A stretch of 48,129 nt of DNA, filler included, from Basidiobolus ranarum (taxonomy: Eukaryota): NCBI GenBank assembly GCA_040143965.1. It is 2 parts of 2 records of this genome, joined end to end, with 100 filler letters (N's around TTAATTAATTAA, not from the genome) between each part and the next. Parts side by side here need not be neighbours in the genome. Positions count along the whole stretch, not along the records: positions 1 to 24,045 come from JASJQH010007033.1; 1 more part is not named here. The stretch is one strand, 5' to 3'. Below the pieces are notes generated by a model, which was given only the letters and a program-made list of their open reading frames with translations, did not search any database and had not been told where the DNA came from. Positions within the stretch are counted from its first letter, which is position 1, and every line of letters begins with the position of its first letter. This document shows positions 1 through 13,160 of this stretch, piece by piece. The position numbers were made by a program, and so were the translations under genes.

Positions 1-1517
1 TAATCCCCCTGGGATAGTGGACTAAGAATGGGCGAGCGATTTGATTACAGTTGACGCGCATTTCCCTCAGACATCGCCCGCTACCAATTCTTGATTTGGC
101 CATTGGACCGATGATTCGATGTATCCTTGCCATGGCTGACCGGCCTACCCTAACAGATGCAACAGCGAATACAAGAAGTATTTCACGCGACTATAATAAC
201 AGAAATTTACACGTCTTTTTGATATACAGTCGTATTTTAGTATTCATTTGCAAGTAATATTTTGGGTCACCTCCGTAACCTTGAAGGCTGGCAGACCCAA
301 CAGTTCTTTTGATCTTAAAGGTTAAACTGTAGTCATTAATATGCTACGCGTTTCGAAGATACTCGTATTTTCAGAAAGTGATTGATATTACCTCTCATTG
401 GTTCATCTTGTTTATATTTTAGATTGTACCCTCAATGATTGGATGATTTGGACTGATTTGTTAATATTAACATATCGCAGAGTAAAAACTCAGAATGTAT
501 GATTTCAGCCCCAATTAATTTCAGTAGAATGTTTACCAAACGGTTAGCAGTCCAGTTGAAACACACTATATTGATTATCCTATTACAAAACCATGAATCA
601 TTGGTTTGTGTTACTAGATGATAATTTATTACGAATTATGGATTGCCCTCTAGGCACCTCATAATGATCAAATTAATGTGAGATAACATTAGAAGTACAC
701 ATTGTTCTGACGACAAGAGGCAGTAATTATTTCTTTAGGCAAAGATAGGTGTTGACTGCATCATTTTTCTTTTTTTAGCATTCCGAGGTGAATTTTTATG
801 GCACTTCTTTTAATCTAAAGCAAAATGGTGGTTTTGTATACAAAACAACAATTCATGAACTTTAGCAGTGGATAGGAGCGCTTTGGCATGGCTCGTCTAA
901 CGTTGGCACCCCTTTCGCAAGCCTAAGCCAAGCAGGCCTGGCGTCCAGCAGGTCCAAAACAACTCGAAAAAAATGGGATTCGATATGGTTTAGTATATCA
1001 CATAAGCCTTTTTAGAGAAATGGATGCCGAATTAGGTTTTGAGTTTTTAGTTACAATTGTTCGACTTATACACTTATCCCTGTAGATGCTTAAGTTGCCC
1101 AAATATGGAAGCGGCGATTCAAGACCTTGGTTACCCAGATTGTTTGATTTTATTCCCACACACTGAGTTGATCACTCCGCGATTTTTCAAGATTATCAAT
1201 TGACATCCCTTAAATGCCGAGGGTTGGCTGTTGTGATAACAAAACGCTCTACTCCTTATGCTGTCAATATCTTCAGGTTTGAGCCTACTCTGGATATGCT
1301 TCAGGGCATTCTACGTCATAAGAGATCACTCCATCTTAGTATCTGAGGGCTCCTACAGCTGTGCCTCTAGATGTAACTTGCAATAGAATATTGCCTTGGA
1401 GACTTTGATTTTAAGGGGACCTCCCTTTTTTCTCATCTGAATATTGGAATCGATGCACCAGTAAACCAAATTCATTTCAATTTGATCGCAGTTTTGAAAT
1501 GCAATCATGAGACATTG

Positions 1518-1542
1518 TTAGGGTTAGGGCCAGAGCTTAGGG
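1518..1542 (+). repeat. Short interstitial TTAGGG telomere-like motifs (TTAGGGTTAGGG, 7-nt gap, TTAGGG)
   Basis: Read directly at 1518-1529 and 1537-1542, about 290 bp upstream of the AlkB start. Function unknown. Confidence 0.35.
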
Positions 1543-1829
1543 TGATATATCTTTTTACTGCTAACACCCCTCTGACTACACGGCGAGGAATAGTCATCAA
1601 GTAATCACAGATCGGAGGATTCATACACTACATCTCCATCATCCAATAGTATGTGGTATTTACTCTGCTTAGCTCAATAGCAATCGGATTTCTGCTTATA
1701 ACTCACGATTGATTACAAGAAATATAATTCCGCAGTCATTCCCACTATCATTGGTTCAATGGCACTATATAAACTGTTGAGGGTGTTGAGGTTGCAAATT
1801 TTATACTTGAACTCCACACTATACATACT

Positions 1830-2534
1830 ATGGTAAAACACAAGTCCTTGGAACCTTTAGACTCCTCACAGAAGCTCAAGAAAATTAAACAGCAAGATGA
1901 CATGCTGGAGTCGGAGCTAACGTTGCCAATAGAACCAAAACTTTTAGTTGAGCAAGATGGAGTCGTGAAGTACTATCCATCAGTATTCGGTGTTGCAGAA
2001 AGTGGTAAATTGTATGATAGTCTCACCACACTAGAGTACTGGAATCGTCCTCAACTTAAAGGTTACGGTCATGTGAAAGCCCAGTCTAGATTGACCTGCG
2101 CATTTGGCGACGATCCCAATATTGAGTATAACTATTCTGGTACTACGGCAAAAGTGGCTTCCAATTATCCAGATACTGTAATCGAGATTAAATCCAAAGT
2201 GGAGAAGTTGATTGGAACTAAATTCAATTTCTGTCTGTTGAATTTTTATACTGATGGAAATGAGTACATTGGTGCACATTCCGATAATCAGGCTGGACTA
2301 GTGCCTGGAGCACCAATTGCTGCAGTTAGTTTAGGAGCTGAGAGGTTTCTGGATTTCAAGCACAAGAAGAACAATCTAAAAGTCAGAGTAACTATGGAGA
2401 GTGGGTCATTATTGGTGATGGCTGGTGATACCCAATCTTATTGGAAGCATATGATACCTAAGCAAAAGAAAGTAAATGCTGGAAGAATCAGCTTAACATT
2501 TCGAGTTGTAGAGTCAAACCCCAGTAAGAGTTGA
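1830..2534 (+). CDS. AlkB-family (ALKBH2/ALKBH3-like) Fe(II)/2-oxoglutarate dioxygenase, alkylation repair; intronless, 234 aa
   Basis: FNFCLLNFY..GNEYIGAHSD (HxD iron ligands), IAAVSLGAER, GSLLVM.G.TQ..WKH (distal His), RISLTFR (RxxxxxR 2OG motif); TATATAAA at about 1766. Confidence 0.93.
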   Translation: MVKHKSLEPLDSSQKLKKIKQQDDMLESELTLPIEPKLLVEQDGVVKYYPSVFGVAESGKLYDSLTTLEYWNRPQLKGYGHVKAQSRLTCAFGDDPNIEYNYSGTTAKVASNYPDTVIEIKSKVEKLIGTKFNFCLLNFYTDGNEYIGAHSDNQAGLVPGAPIAAVSLGAERFLDFKHKKNNLKVRVTMESGSLLVMAGDTQSYWKHMIPKQKKVNAGRISLTFRVVESNPSKS

Positions 2535-3593
2535 TAGAGCACATGTTGAATGTTCTTAGTAATCTTGTATCCAAAGCATGAGAAAAAATAAGTATTTTAC
2601 CTATGATGTTTACACTCGTTTAACTATTATGCACTTTACTATAGTGATCCCCTGAATGTACAAATTAATCGTTTTGTGTTTCAATAATGGTAGTGTCTAT
2701 CTAAGCCATTCCGCCTATGCTCCTAAAAGAAAGAGTTTCCTTCCATTTCACTCACATTTGTACACTTGACGCTATCTAAATAAACTTGAAGTTGATCAAG
2801 TTTCGGTAGTACTATTGTGTTGAAAATCTCATTTATTTATTATATAAACACTCGGATTTTATTGTATATTTGTGTTGGTGACTTTGATATGCTCTTAACA
2901 ATCTATCCTTAATATATAAAAATAAAAATACTTATTGTTTAAAGCTTGTCAGCATCCTGTGGTTAGAGTTTCTATATATCTTCGACGAAGTGGGTGTCGG
3001 GGAAAGGAATTTCAAGCACTCTCAACTGGTGTATTGATGGGGAAATACAGAACGGGCTTTATAAAAGAACATTTATGTTTAAATATACTACTAACATACC
3101 TATTTATATTAAAAATTATATGCCTTCGTGACACCAGTACTCATTTTTCAACATAAAAGATGTTGAAGGTAAGCAAATTGTTCACAAGTACCATATCATA
3201 CGACAGGTCGAATTTTTACGAACATCTCCACATAATCAAAGTTCTCAGAAAGAGTATTCCGAAGTTTGTCTTTCATCTTGAGTAATTACCCCTGTATGAT
3301 GTATTAGCAATGGTTTCTTATGGTGAACGCATTCTAGCAAAGCGTTGATTCAGATAGTGACAACGCTTATATATATAATTTTGATGGCATGGAGCGTAGG
3401 GATATGCAACTATAAGCACTGTTCATCTAGTGGAGTAGTTTCGGTTTGTGAGTGTAATGATATTTTAATTGAGTTTGCATTAATCTTGCTTCAGTCAGTC
3501 TCATGTTTGCAAATATGACTTGAAGGTTACGGTTTTCTGCTGGATGGTTTATAGCAATTAATAAGGATGTTAGAGACAATGGAACCAGTTGGG

Positions 3594-5165
3594 CTATTCT
3601 TCATCGCTGTCATCAAGGCCTAGATCTGGCTCGCGAAGATCTTTTGAGTACATTTTCCTGTTCGCCATTTCGAGAAGCGCCACGGCATCAGCATTTGTAT
3701 CCATAGCGGATCTCTTGGGAGGCAGGAGATTAGGGTCCCTCTCAACTTCCTTGACGCAAAATACTGAGTTTCAAAAGAAATGTGTTAATCAATTTGTGGT
3801 TCTCGAGATTTTAGTAAACACTGCACTCACCTTCAACTTCATCTATATCGAAATATTCGGAGCGTGACAACTGAGTACTATTGTAAGTCGAGCAGAACGG
3901 ACCAGCCTTCGAGTGACCCGTTTCAAAATCCGAATTAATCCATAATCCAAAATAGTCGTATTGTCCACCCATACCGAATCCTGTTGCATTTATGGTGAGT
4001 AGTGTGTTTGACTATAATTTTCTCAATTCATTGCTTACCATTGGGTAGTGTTTTGGTTCCAAAGTTGAAATATTGAAAGTTTTCATTATATCTGCTTGTC
4101 GAGTAAACTCTCATATTGGGATTGATGGTGAACAAAAAGTTATCCGAGCATCCATAGAACTTTGGTTTAAGTTCCAAAGGCTCGTAAACAAAACCTCCAA
4201 ATATATGCTCACTACTGCCTTTTTCTTTTATGACGATAAGTAGCGATCCCATACCCTCGATTCGACTTTGAAAGGTGCTCCAACTTTTACCATCAACTTT
4301 GCTTGAAAATAATAGGTCCCAGCGTTGTCGGCAATCGATGGGCATGTTTTTATTTAAAAACCACATATCACTCGGTTTTAGAAGGTGACTTTTACAGGAA
4401 ACAGCCGGAATTATGAGGTTTTTACTACGAGTTTGAGCAATGATATCAGGAGCCGCATTACTAATTGCGGCGGGATCGTGAATGAAGGTTTCTGTCAAGG
4501 CTACTTCAAGAAGCCTTTGAAAGAGGCCGTTCTTCTGGAACCACGAGTACAAAGAGTCGTACTCTAAAGAACCCTCGCAACGAGTTAACCAAGTACCTTG
4601 TTCAGTAGCATCTTCGGGTTCACCAAGTTTAAGAAAAGGATACAATAAGATATAGTTGACAAAGTGTTCAGGAGTCATATTTTTGGGATTGATTGTGAAA
4701 GATTTTTCCTGAGTCCAGAAATGTAATGCCGTTAAACTTATTGTCTGCACGAAATTCTTGAGAGAGATTTGAGAATGAGATAGTATACTATGCATGGCCT
4801 TGCATTTCTCGTCTACTGAAGATCGCAAAAGTTGATGAACACCGTTGATAAAACTCAATTGGGTGATTTTCCCTTTTTCTTTCTCTTTTAAGTGACCTTC
4901 AGTTTTGAAAAAAGTAGATAAGCTCTCTCTGAGTGGGCTGAGGATGGAAATGTTTTCTTCCTAAATACGAAGTAACTATATCGTGAACATTTGTTTACAT
5001 TTATTACTGAAATACACAACTATGTACCCGATTGTCTAGTAGCTGTTGGCCTTGGCTGTCAACTATTTTTTCAAACACTGTGTTAAGTCTCTCGCGTTCC
5101 ATAGATGAGAACCCAGAAAGCTTTTCTTGAAGTAGGGCACATTTTTTGCTACTCTGATTTCCCAT
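3594..5165 (-). CDS. TLDc-domain protein, MEAK7/TLDC1-Rtc5-like, 4 exons
   Basis: Spliced by hand: ATG at 5165 (MGNQSSKK, Gly2 myristoylation-type start); introns at about 5027-4961, 4039-3981 and 3830-3764. TLDc motifs WDLLFSSKVDGKSWSTF, IFGGF, FYG.SDNFLF, NFQYFN, GFGMGGQYDYFGLWI, STYNSTQLS, FDIDEVE. The tail SAMDTNADAVALLEMANRKMYSKDLRE resembles the MEAK7 C-terminus. TAG at 3594-3596. Confidence 0.87.
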
Positions 5166-8068
5166 GTTTATAACTAAATTTCGAAAGAAAGAGCTATTGT
5201 TCGGCTAGAAAGCGGTACTACAGCTTTACTATATATCCAACGTCACGGTCAATATCTTAACCGTAAATCTTATTTTTTCTAATTCTTATTTTGTCCAATA
5301 ATATAAACTCGTTACACTTCACGATTCAGGATTGCTGAAACTAAATATAATTTGCATGTTAGAATGACGATATGATGACCACATCTATATTATTGCTTGA
5401 AAATGCGTAGATCTTAATCATGAGTTAGATGTTATATTAAAAGCTTCATCGTAGTTTTGAATGTTGGATAGCATAACTTGTAATATGGTTTACATCAAGG
5501 TATGTATCTGTAGCCATAGATAACAAATATAATAACAATTTAGGCAATATAAGATTTTAAAATCTCTTGGGAGCGGGCTCTCCATGACATATTTGGATAT
5601 ACTAAAACTTGGAGCGGAATTCTAACAAACCTAGCATTCTAGAAGGCACATATTTAGTTGATTCTATACATAGATGGTAAGTAGGCTTTTGATATGGATC
5701 AACTGTGATAATGCTGAACTACAATTTTCTATGCTTTATGATCATTGAGTCCAGAGACCTATGCTGATTATATGAATTTTGAAGTGAAATCTGACAATCA
5801 TGCCGGCTTAAGTACTAATTAAAAGAATATTGTCCTGCTTCTTTTGACTCCTGTGAACTCAACTTTACATCCTCAGCATATATAGTAATTAGTCCATATT
5901 TCCTAATAATATTAGATGTTTCTTAGCGTATCTGCATTAATTGTCACATGGTAGAAGATATGCCAATAACGAATAATTCCATCTCAAAACTGATAGTTGT
6001 GTCGGCTTTAATGCTGAGAGTTTCATTTGTTGGACAGAAGCCTAAAGTTGCCTATATTGCTTTGGTTTTTAACTTTAGAGTGGTCAAAGCCAGCCTCATT
6101 GGTAAATATCTAATCGGTATTATCAACATATCTTTCAAAGCACAAACACTACCGATTGCAGTCTTGGCATATGCACACATGGTAAGAGTGCAACCAATTT
6201 CTACTTTTTTAAAAGATCGTTCACTAATGATCTATAGTTCATCCAAGGTGTAAGTTTTGATTTCTCCTTGGTGTCACAAATGGAGAATGGCCATGAAATA
6301 TGCCGTTGCTTTGACTCTATTAGGAAGTAAAAACCCTGTTTTATGTTTTTCAATATAGTGTGCCTATTTTATGACGACTTGTATGCCATTTCACGCAGGT
6401 AAAGGATTAAACAGAATCTGCTACCGATAATATGTATTGTAGCAGATATACAAAACAGATGGCAAAACCAAGACTTGGGATTGACAGGATGAAAGGAATC
6501 CTTAGAGTCTAAATCTGGAATGAATATGTTGTATAATATTAAATTCATATGCATCATTCAAATATGGTGATTTTATTATAAATGATTTCCCTACTCAAGC
6601 AAGGTGAAATTATTGAATGCAGAAATTCATCAATTCTCCCGTAACTGAGGAAAATTGAAACATGCGAGTTTGGTTGATAAATTATGGCTATTGATATGGC
6701 AAGTATCTCAATTGATAGAATTATCGTACAATTGAAGCATCCAGGTTGAACAAACGTATTGTAAAAAGTAAGGGGCTGTAATTCATAACGTACGCTGCCC
6801 AAATTAGGTAAGCACCATATCGTCAAGATCAACACCAGTAGAGACGCGTTTCTTTTAGGGCATCTACATATCTTACTTTTCCTAAAAGAGTGGCAAGCAT
6901 GAAGCATATATTGCAAGCATAACGTATAAACAACATGCAACAATTTCAACACTGCGTCCTATTTTACCCGTCTAGAATCAGTTATGCAGAGGTTTCTTTT
7001 TTGAGAAATGTTAATACAAGCCCAACATTCGATAGGAATCTCTAACGTCCAATTGCAACCACTGACAGTTACTTTCTTAATCAGCACACATATTTTATTT
7101 AATAGAAACATTCATTACCTCTTCCACTGAATCTGAAGAAAACAAACAGTGTAGAAAACCGATTCAGAACATGCGGTTGGAATATCAATTGTTGACCACA
7201 ATCTTCAGTGTGGAACATAAATAGTAGCACGTGAGTTGTAAGGCCAAGGCCAACGTAAATTGTGGAAAGCAGATGCTGCCGAGATGACTAGGTATAATGA
7301 TCAAAAGGTTATCCAAGGCTAAGCAGTAAGCTCACACATTTAATCCTGGGGCGATGACTATGTGTCAGGTAGAAACCGGTTTAGCCTTTGCCTCGATGTG
7401 TTGAGTCTTTATTCTGCACCCGGAGGTAACTTGATTTTGTGTCTCATGTACCAGAAAACATTAAGGAAACAGATGATTTCATATGCAAAAAGTATTGCAG
7501 CACCTCTCAATTGGTGGGTATGGGGTCACAATACCTCCTTCTGTTGGTGTTACGTGTGATTATTTTCAAATGTAGCTTAGTAGGTCATGTCATAAGGATT
7601 TTCTTTTGAAAGCTGATTTAGGCCTCAAAAAAATATTCACTCGAGCTTATCCGCAATTACCTGAGGTCCGAATTAACATTTCTTCGTTTCAACTTCAAGG
7701 TGATAGCCATTGGCCATGGTGCAACCGTGAATCGGAAAAATATACCAAGTAGCATTGTATTGGATGCCCTATATAAAAAAATTCAATATTTTTAAGACTC
7801 GCATGTAGTACAATCATTATTTTCGAATGGACATAGGATTTGCAAGGTTGTTTGATTTGCTCTATATCTCTTTTTATTTTTTAACTCAAAAGAGCACCCC
7901 AATCTAAGCTGATTCAGTGAGTGTGACAATTCTGGTGGGAATGTCTGGGAAGCATGATTGGTGACCAATTGGACAAATTGTAAGCCAGATGTTTTTGTAA
8001 GTATAAAGAGGACATCGCCGGCAATTAAAAGGAACCGTTTATTCAGTGTCTATGATTTACTAAGCACA

Positions 8069-9337
8069 ATGGAAGTAATTTGGATCACTCTGGTTGCATT
8101 CTGTATTTGGTTTCTTATCACTTTGGTTTCTCTATACTTCTTCATACAATATCGCCATGAGCCAACAATACAACATCGCTCAGTTAGCTTAACATGTATG
8201 TTTGCGCTGTTCAACTCAATATTAATTGGATACCTTCTATACAAGCTCGCCAAGCCTGTCACCTCCTGTGTGGTTCGACTGTGGATTCCCTCAGTAGTCT
8301 TTCCTGCTTTAGGTCTTACTGTACTTGCCAAACTTATTCGTTTGACGTTTCTCGGAAGGTATCATAAGTCTATATACTTGGAAGCAAAGCTGGAGTCTTC
8401 CACTAAGGAAGATGAAAGCGGTTATGAGATGGAATTATCGGAAGAGTCATTTGTCGGTATAAGGGGTAGTAACAATTTCAGAGAAGCCTGGTACTACAAA
8501 TATCGCCATCTTTTCACGACATCGCACATCCTAAAGACATTGTCTGCCTTTATGTTGTTTCACGTAGGTGTAACTGCGATAACCAATGCTATTTCTCCCA
8601 TGACATCCATTCCCGGCCAAGAGTGCCCTCTTGGTTGGGAGTTCTACCCTTTTATCGGGTTTTTAATTATCTACCTCTTTTTGGGAGTTCCTGTGTTGCT
8701 GTACTGGTTCTGGGGTGTTGAAGACGTGTATGGAATCCGTAAAGAATTGATTTCAGTGGCAATTATCGCAATGGTTGGATTCTTACTTTATTTAATATTC
8801 CTATTTCTCCCCTCTTTGCGTATACTGGAGAAATCATTTGCTGCCTACGTATGGGGTGCAATTGTACTAGTCTTAACTCACATCCTTTTCGTCATTTACC
8901 CCATTTACGAACTAAGAAAATCTCGACAGGTTCGAGCCAATGCCAATAATACCCAAGTCTTCGATCAGATTTTGTCAGATCCAGTGCTATTTGAAGACTT
9001 TAAGGCCTTCACTATTAAAGACTTCAGCGTAGAAAATCCATTGTTTTACGAACGCTGTAGGAAGCTAAAAGCCACACAACCACGGATTATCCGCATTCCA
9101 GGGAAAGACTCGTTGAGTGCCAAGTCTCGCAATGAACTCCGTTCAATGTATGAGACCTTTATCAACCCGAAATCAGAATTTCAGGTGAACCTTTCTTCTG
9201 CAACCATTCAAGAATTGACGAGACAGTTTGAGTCTGGTGAATTATCATTGACTATGTTTTCAAGAGCCGAACGAGAGATTCACCTCCTAATGTACCAAAA
9301 TACCTTTCCACGATATATTAGGTACACAGACTTATAG
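8069..9337 (+). CDS. Seven-transmembrane protein fused to a C-terminal RGS domain (GprK/AtRGS1-like architecture); intronless, 422 aa
   Basis: First ATG at 8069, downstream of TATAAA at about 8002 (the ORF-track start at 7958 is a TTG). Seven hydrophobic segments are followed by the RGS signature FDQILSDPVLFEDFKAFTIKDFSVENPLFY...MYETFINPKSEFQVNLS...MFSRAEREIHLLMYQNTFPRY. Confidence 0.88.
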   Translation: MEVIWITLVAFCIWFLITLVSLYFFIQYRHEPTIQHRSVSLTCMFALFNSILIGYLLYKLAKPVTSCVVRLWIPSVVFPALGLTVLAKLIRLTFLGRYHKSIYLEAKLESSTKEDESGYEMELSEESFVGIRGSNNFREAWYYKYRHLFTTSHILKTLSAFMLFHVGVTAITNAISPMTSIPGQECPLGWEFYPFIGFLIIYLFLGVPVLLYWFWGVEDVYGIRKELISVAIIAMVGFLLYLIFLFLPSLRILEKSFAAYVWGAIVLVLTHILFVIYPIYELRKSRQVRANANNTQVFDQILSDPVLFEDFKAFTIKDFSVENPLFYERCRKLKATQPRIIRIPGKDSLSAKSRNELRSMYETFINPKSEFQVNLSSATIQELTRQFESGELSLTMFSRAEREIHLLMYQNTFPRYIRYTDL

Positions 9338-11135
9338 TTCAAAATTTCGACGATATGTTGAGTATACTTAGATTTACCTTATGAAGTTTTGCTTTCTGGC
9401 CTGCTTTCTTTTGTACTTGTATCTTATAATTCATTCAACGTTAGTTCTTCACCAGGGTCACTTTGTACAAATGTAAAGCATAATCGAGCTTATGATTTAT
9501 CATTCCTCTTTTCTTGTTAACCATCAATTGTTGAGTATCTACCATAATTTTAACTCTACGCACGCTCTAACTATTACCTATAAAACCTTGAATTCTAACA
9601 ATATTTACGAAGGATGCCTCTAAATCGGTTTGTCCCCAGGCATAGTGCATGGGAATTTAGCATATGATGGAGTCTCAAGATAGAGCCAGGAATGAAATAG
9701 GGCAAGTAGAACTTGTGTGAAACTTGGAACCCTCCAGATTCAGGTGTTAGAATTCAAGTCACAGTCTACGGTTATTGTACCAGTTTTATTAGCAGGGATT
9801 TCTAGTACCGAAATGTATCAGATATTCCAAGTAACTGTATTTACTGGAATTATATGGGACTTGTATCCAGATTATTGTAGCTAGCATTTATCAATGGCGG
9901 ATAAATATATTATATGTGAGGTGTTGGGCATCCAATTATTGATATATACATCAACTTTGGGGCGATCATTCCTAATGATTGCTACGAGTACAAGAAAACT
10001 AGTAAATCACGTTATGCAGAAGTGGCAAATCAAGGGCTGTCTTTGCTGTCTAATGTCTTATTAACCATTGGTTTGGTTGTGATATTGATTACGTCTTTAA
10101 CACGTGGTAACATTGGTAGTTCGGTTATTATCCGATGTCCACCCAAATATTCGAAAAAAATTCCTAAAAGGATAAGCTAATTTTGGCCTAGCTAATTGGA
10201 ACTCTTAAAGGCGGACAGGTGATATTCTCGTGATGGGGCAGATTGCCAATACAAGGGGACTTTTACGTAAGCTGTGGCTATTGAAAACATCGAAGATGTC
10301 ACGAGATACTCAGGTACTACCTCATTTCGGTTTAAAGCTAACAGTATGAAATTGAGGTTTTCTTTGATGTACAGTTGTTCTCTGGTGTTGGATGAATGCA
10401 GTTAAAAAACTCCATTTAGTAAGTGTCTTACTGTTGAAATGGTCCGAGAGTAAATAGATTTAATGAGTCTTGGATGGGAGTTTCTACCAGTACTCACTTT
10501 AGTTTGAGATAATTTCAATGTTACTTACAACTTCAACATTCACCCATTAATTAATTGTGTTAGTCAAATGATGACTAATATCACCATATAATCATTATCT
10601 TCTGGTCAAGAAAGGTTGGTTACTATATGTGTCCTTGCATTCATTATATTGTAGTATAAGTGGTATTTGTAATATTGATCATATGGAAACTCAGCAGAGT
10701 AACAGGTTTTCTGCCAAGCTTGAATTGAATTCCCTTATTGTATGTCCATTTTATACTCTCTCTCTCTAGAGATTCCAATTCAAGGCTATATATCATTACA
10801 TATTGACCATATGTTTGAGAAGTAGAATATCAGACTTGACAGTTTAGATTGAACAGCTTGTACCGTTATACAATCATAATAATGGTTAATGCGAAAACAA
10901 GATCAGTACATAAATCTCCAAATTATTTTGCTCCTATTATTGTTGACAATTAGTTAATACCACTTCAAACATTATAACTAACAAAATAAACTTAATTCGA
11001 TAATTTAGATGAAAATTAGGCTTCCATAAAGTCAAGTGTGGTGTTATTTCCAAATTATTATAAAAATAATCAACTTAGTAGTATTAGTTAATTCACCTAT
11101 CTTTTAAATACCACAAACCACTCACCGATAGCTAA

Positions 11136-13160
11136 ATGAAGCCATTAGAGTTGGCGCAACAATTCAAGAGAAGAGGTGCTTTTGACGAGTTAAGAAAATG
11201 CTTATTGAATGACTTTAAGAGCAACGTAATCTATTTCTCTACCTCTTAAATATTCATTTCATGTTGATTCGTTTATTTAAAACGCTCCTTTTGATTGACT
11301 CAAGTATTTTATGTACTTCCCAAATCTAGGAACGTGGAAAGAAATTCCAAGAATCTATAGTGAAAATGCTTACAGAACTTACCACCAACGATCCTTCTCT
11401 ATTCAGGAAAGATAGATTCGCTTTTCAAACTGACATGATGAAGGAACTGGAAAAGTGAGTTGTTTTTAAAAGATACCCCTACTTCTAATGTCCTTCTAAT
11501 ATTCTACTTTATCAGAAAAATTTCTCTTACCGAAGTCGAAACAGAGACCAAACGATTATTGGAAGAAACCACTACATATACTTCTAAAATGGAAAACGAA
11601 ATACGCGCTATACTTCAGAGTTCAACAGAATTACCAAAAGGTACCAAAGATTGACTATATTATTCGCTTTTCACTCACCTACATTATAGTCACTAATCAC
11701 AAAAGTATATAGCTAATCAACAGGAGAGTTCGAGACTTGAAAAAAATAGAAATGAAGAGCCGAAAAGTACGGTAGATCCCGTCACTCCATTGTCTTTACT
11801 CGATTCCATTCTTGGTTTTTCCAATTCAACCACCAGCTCTAATGAACGAGCAAAGAAAAAAAAATCCGAAAATCTAGGGAGTATTTCTCGTCAGAATTCT
11901 TTACAAAAGACGCCCAGTGGTAGTATGGATTCAGTACGCAATGGTAATTCTTCACCAAACAAAACTGAACCTTTTAAAGATTCGGCATCACATGGATACT
12001 CGCCACCACGCCCAAGGAGGCAGTCTAAAGATAGTGGCTTACAACGAAGTACCATCAGCGGTGCCACAGAGGATCATACTTTTGGTGAAAATGACAGTGA
12101 GTTGTATTCTGTTAATACCTGGAGAACCAATGGCGATTTAATTTGGTATTACTATTAGAAATTGCCGTCAAAAGACCAAGTTCGTCTCACAAAGATGGAG
12201 AACATAAAGATTCCGACGATAAGGCTGACCGAGATAAAGATCGTAAAGTAAGTCCGTACTCTTATGCTGTATTCTATTTTACATGTTACAAATGAGTTTA
12301 TTTTTGAATATATTAGCCACGGTTTGGGATAGACCAAAGGGTTGCGGCATTCGTACCTGATGATGGCGATCTTAGAGAGAAATGCTATGTAGTCATAATT
12401 CGCAAATATGATCCCACAACTGACAAGTATTTCCTCTGGTATATATATCAATAATGTAGCACATCAACTCAACTTTTTTTTGTGTAGATACATTGTGAGA
12501 GATCCAGAGGCGATTGCTGGAGAAAAAGACACCTGGAAGATTTCCGAAAATAAAATCTACGACTATAAGCGGAACAAAAAAATTGTGGAACGAGGGGAGA
12601 ATCCTTTCTCTGTGGGTGATAGGGTCTATTCGTTATACAAAGATCGTGAGACAGACGAAACAAGCACAGAGTTTTATGAGGCTGTCATCGACAAGATTGG
12701 GAAGGTAAAGTTCTAAATGTCGGGAATAGACTTTGCCATAATATTGAATCAATTCTCTTGTTGAAGCATACTGTACTTGTCAAATTCTTGGATGATAGTG
12801 GCGACACCTCACGTTTATGTTACGACGAGCTTTTTAAGGTAGATAAGATATTTCACTTGTTATAACAGCAATAACAACAAGGTTCCTGATGTGATATTGC
12901 GTCCTCAGCGAGATACCTCTACTTATGGTGAGCTGCGAAAAGGGTGTTCGCTGCCCAAAATCAAGCTTAAGATAAAGAAGGAGACTGTAAATAGCAGCAG
13001 AGTCACAAGAAAATCGTCCAATTGGTCAAGTGATGAGAACGAACGTGAGGGATCCAAGTTGGAGATAGTGCAAGAGTCTAGTATAAAGAAGCAAAAAAGA
13101 AGAAGACTGGTTGCTCTGCTTGACGATGATGATGAAAATGAGGATTACAAGAATAAATAG
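11136..13160 (+). CDS. Multi-exon chromatin protein: N-terminal COMPASS Shg1/BOD1-like domain, Ser-rich linker, SGF29-like tandem Tudor domain, basic/acidic tail
   Basis: Nine exons joined in frame at GT-AG sites. N-terminus MKPLELAQQFKRRGAFDELRKCLLNDFKSN-ERGKKFQESIVKMLTELTTNDPSLFRKDR (Shg1/Bod1-like FKxxGxFDxLRK). Later QRVAAFVP...YIVRDPE...FSVGDRVYSLY...TSTEFYEAVI...VLVKFLDD, matching Sgf29 motifs FEVRDPE and GTKVLARYPETTTFYPAIV. NLS-like KKQKRRR near the end. Confidence 0.72.

Noticed and set aside
5948-7559. Several 60-130 aa ORFs between the TLDc and RGS genes
   Set aside because: They have no motifs or consistent splice pattern, and their composition is typical of random AT-rich ORFs.
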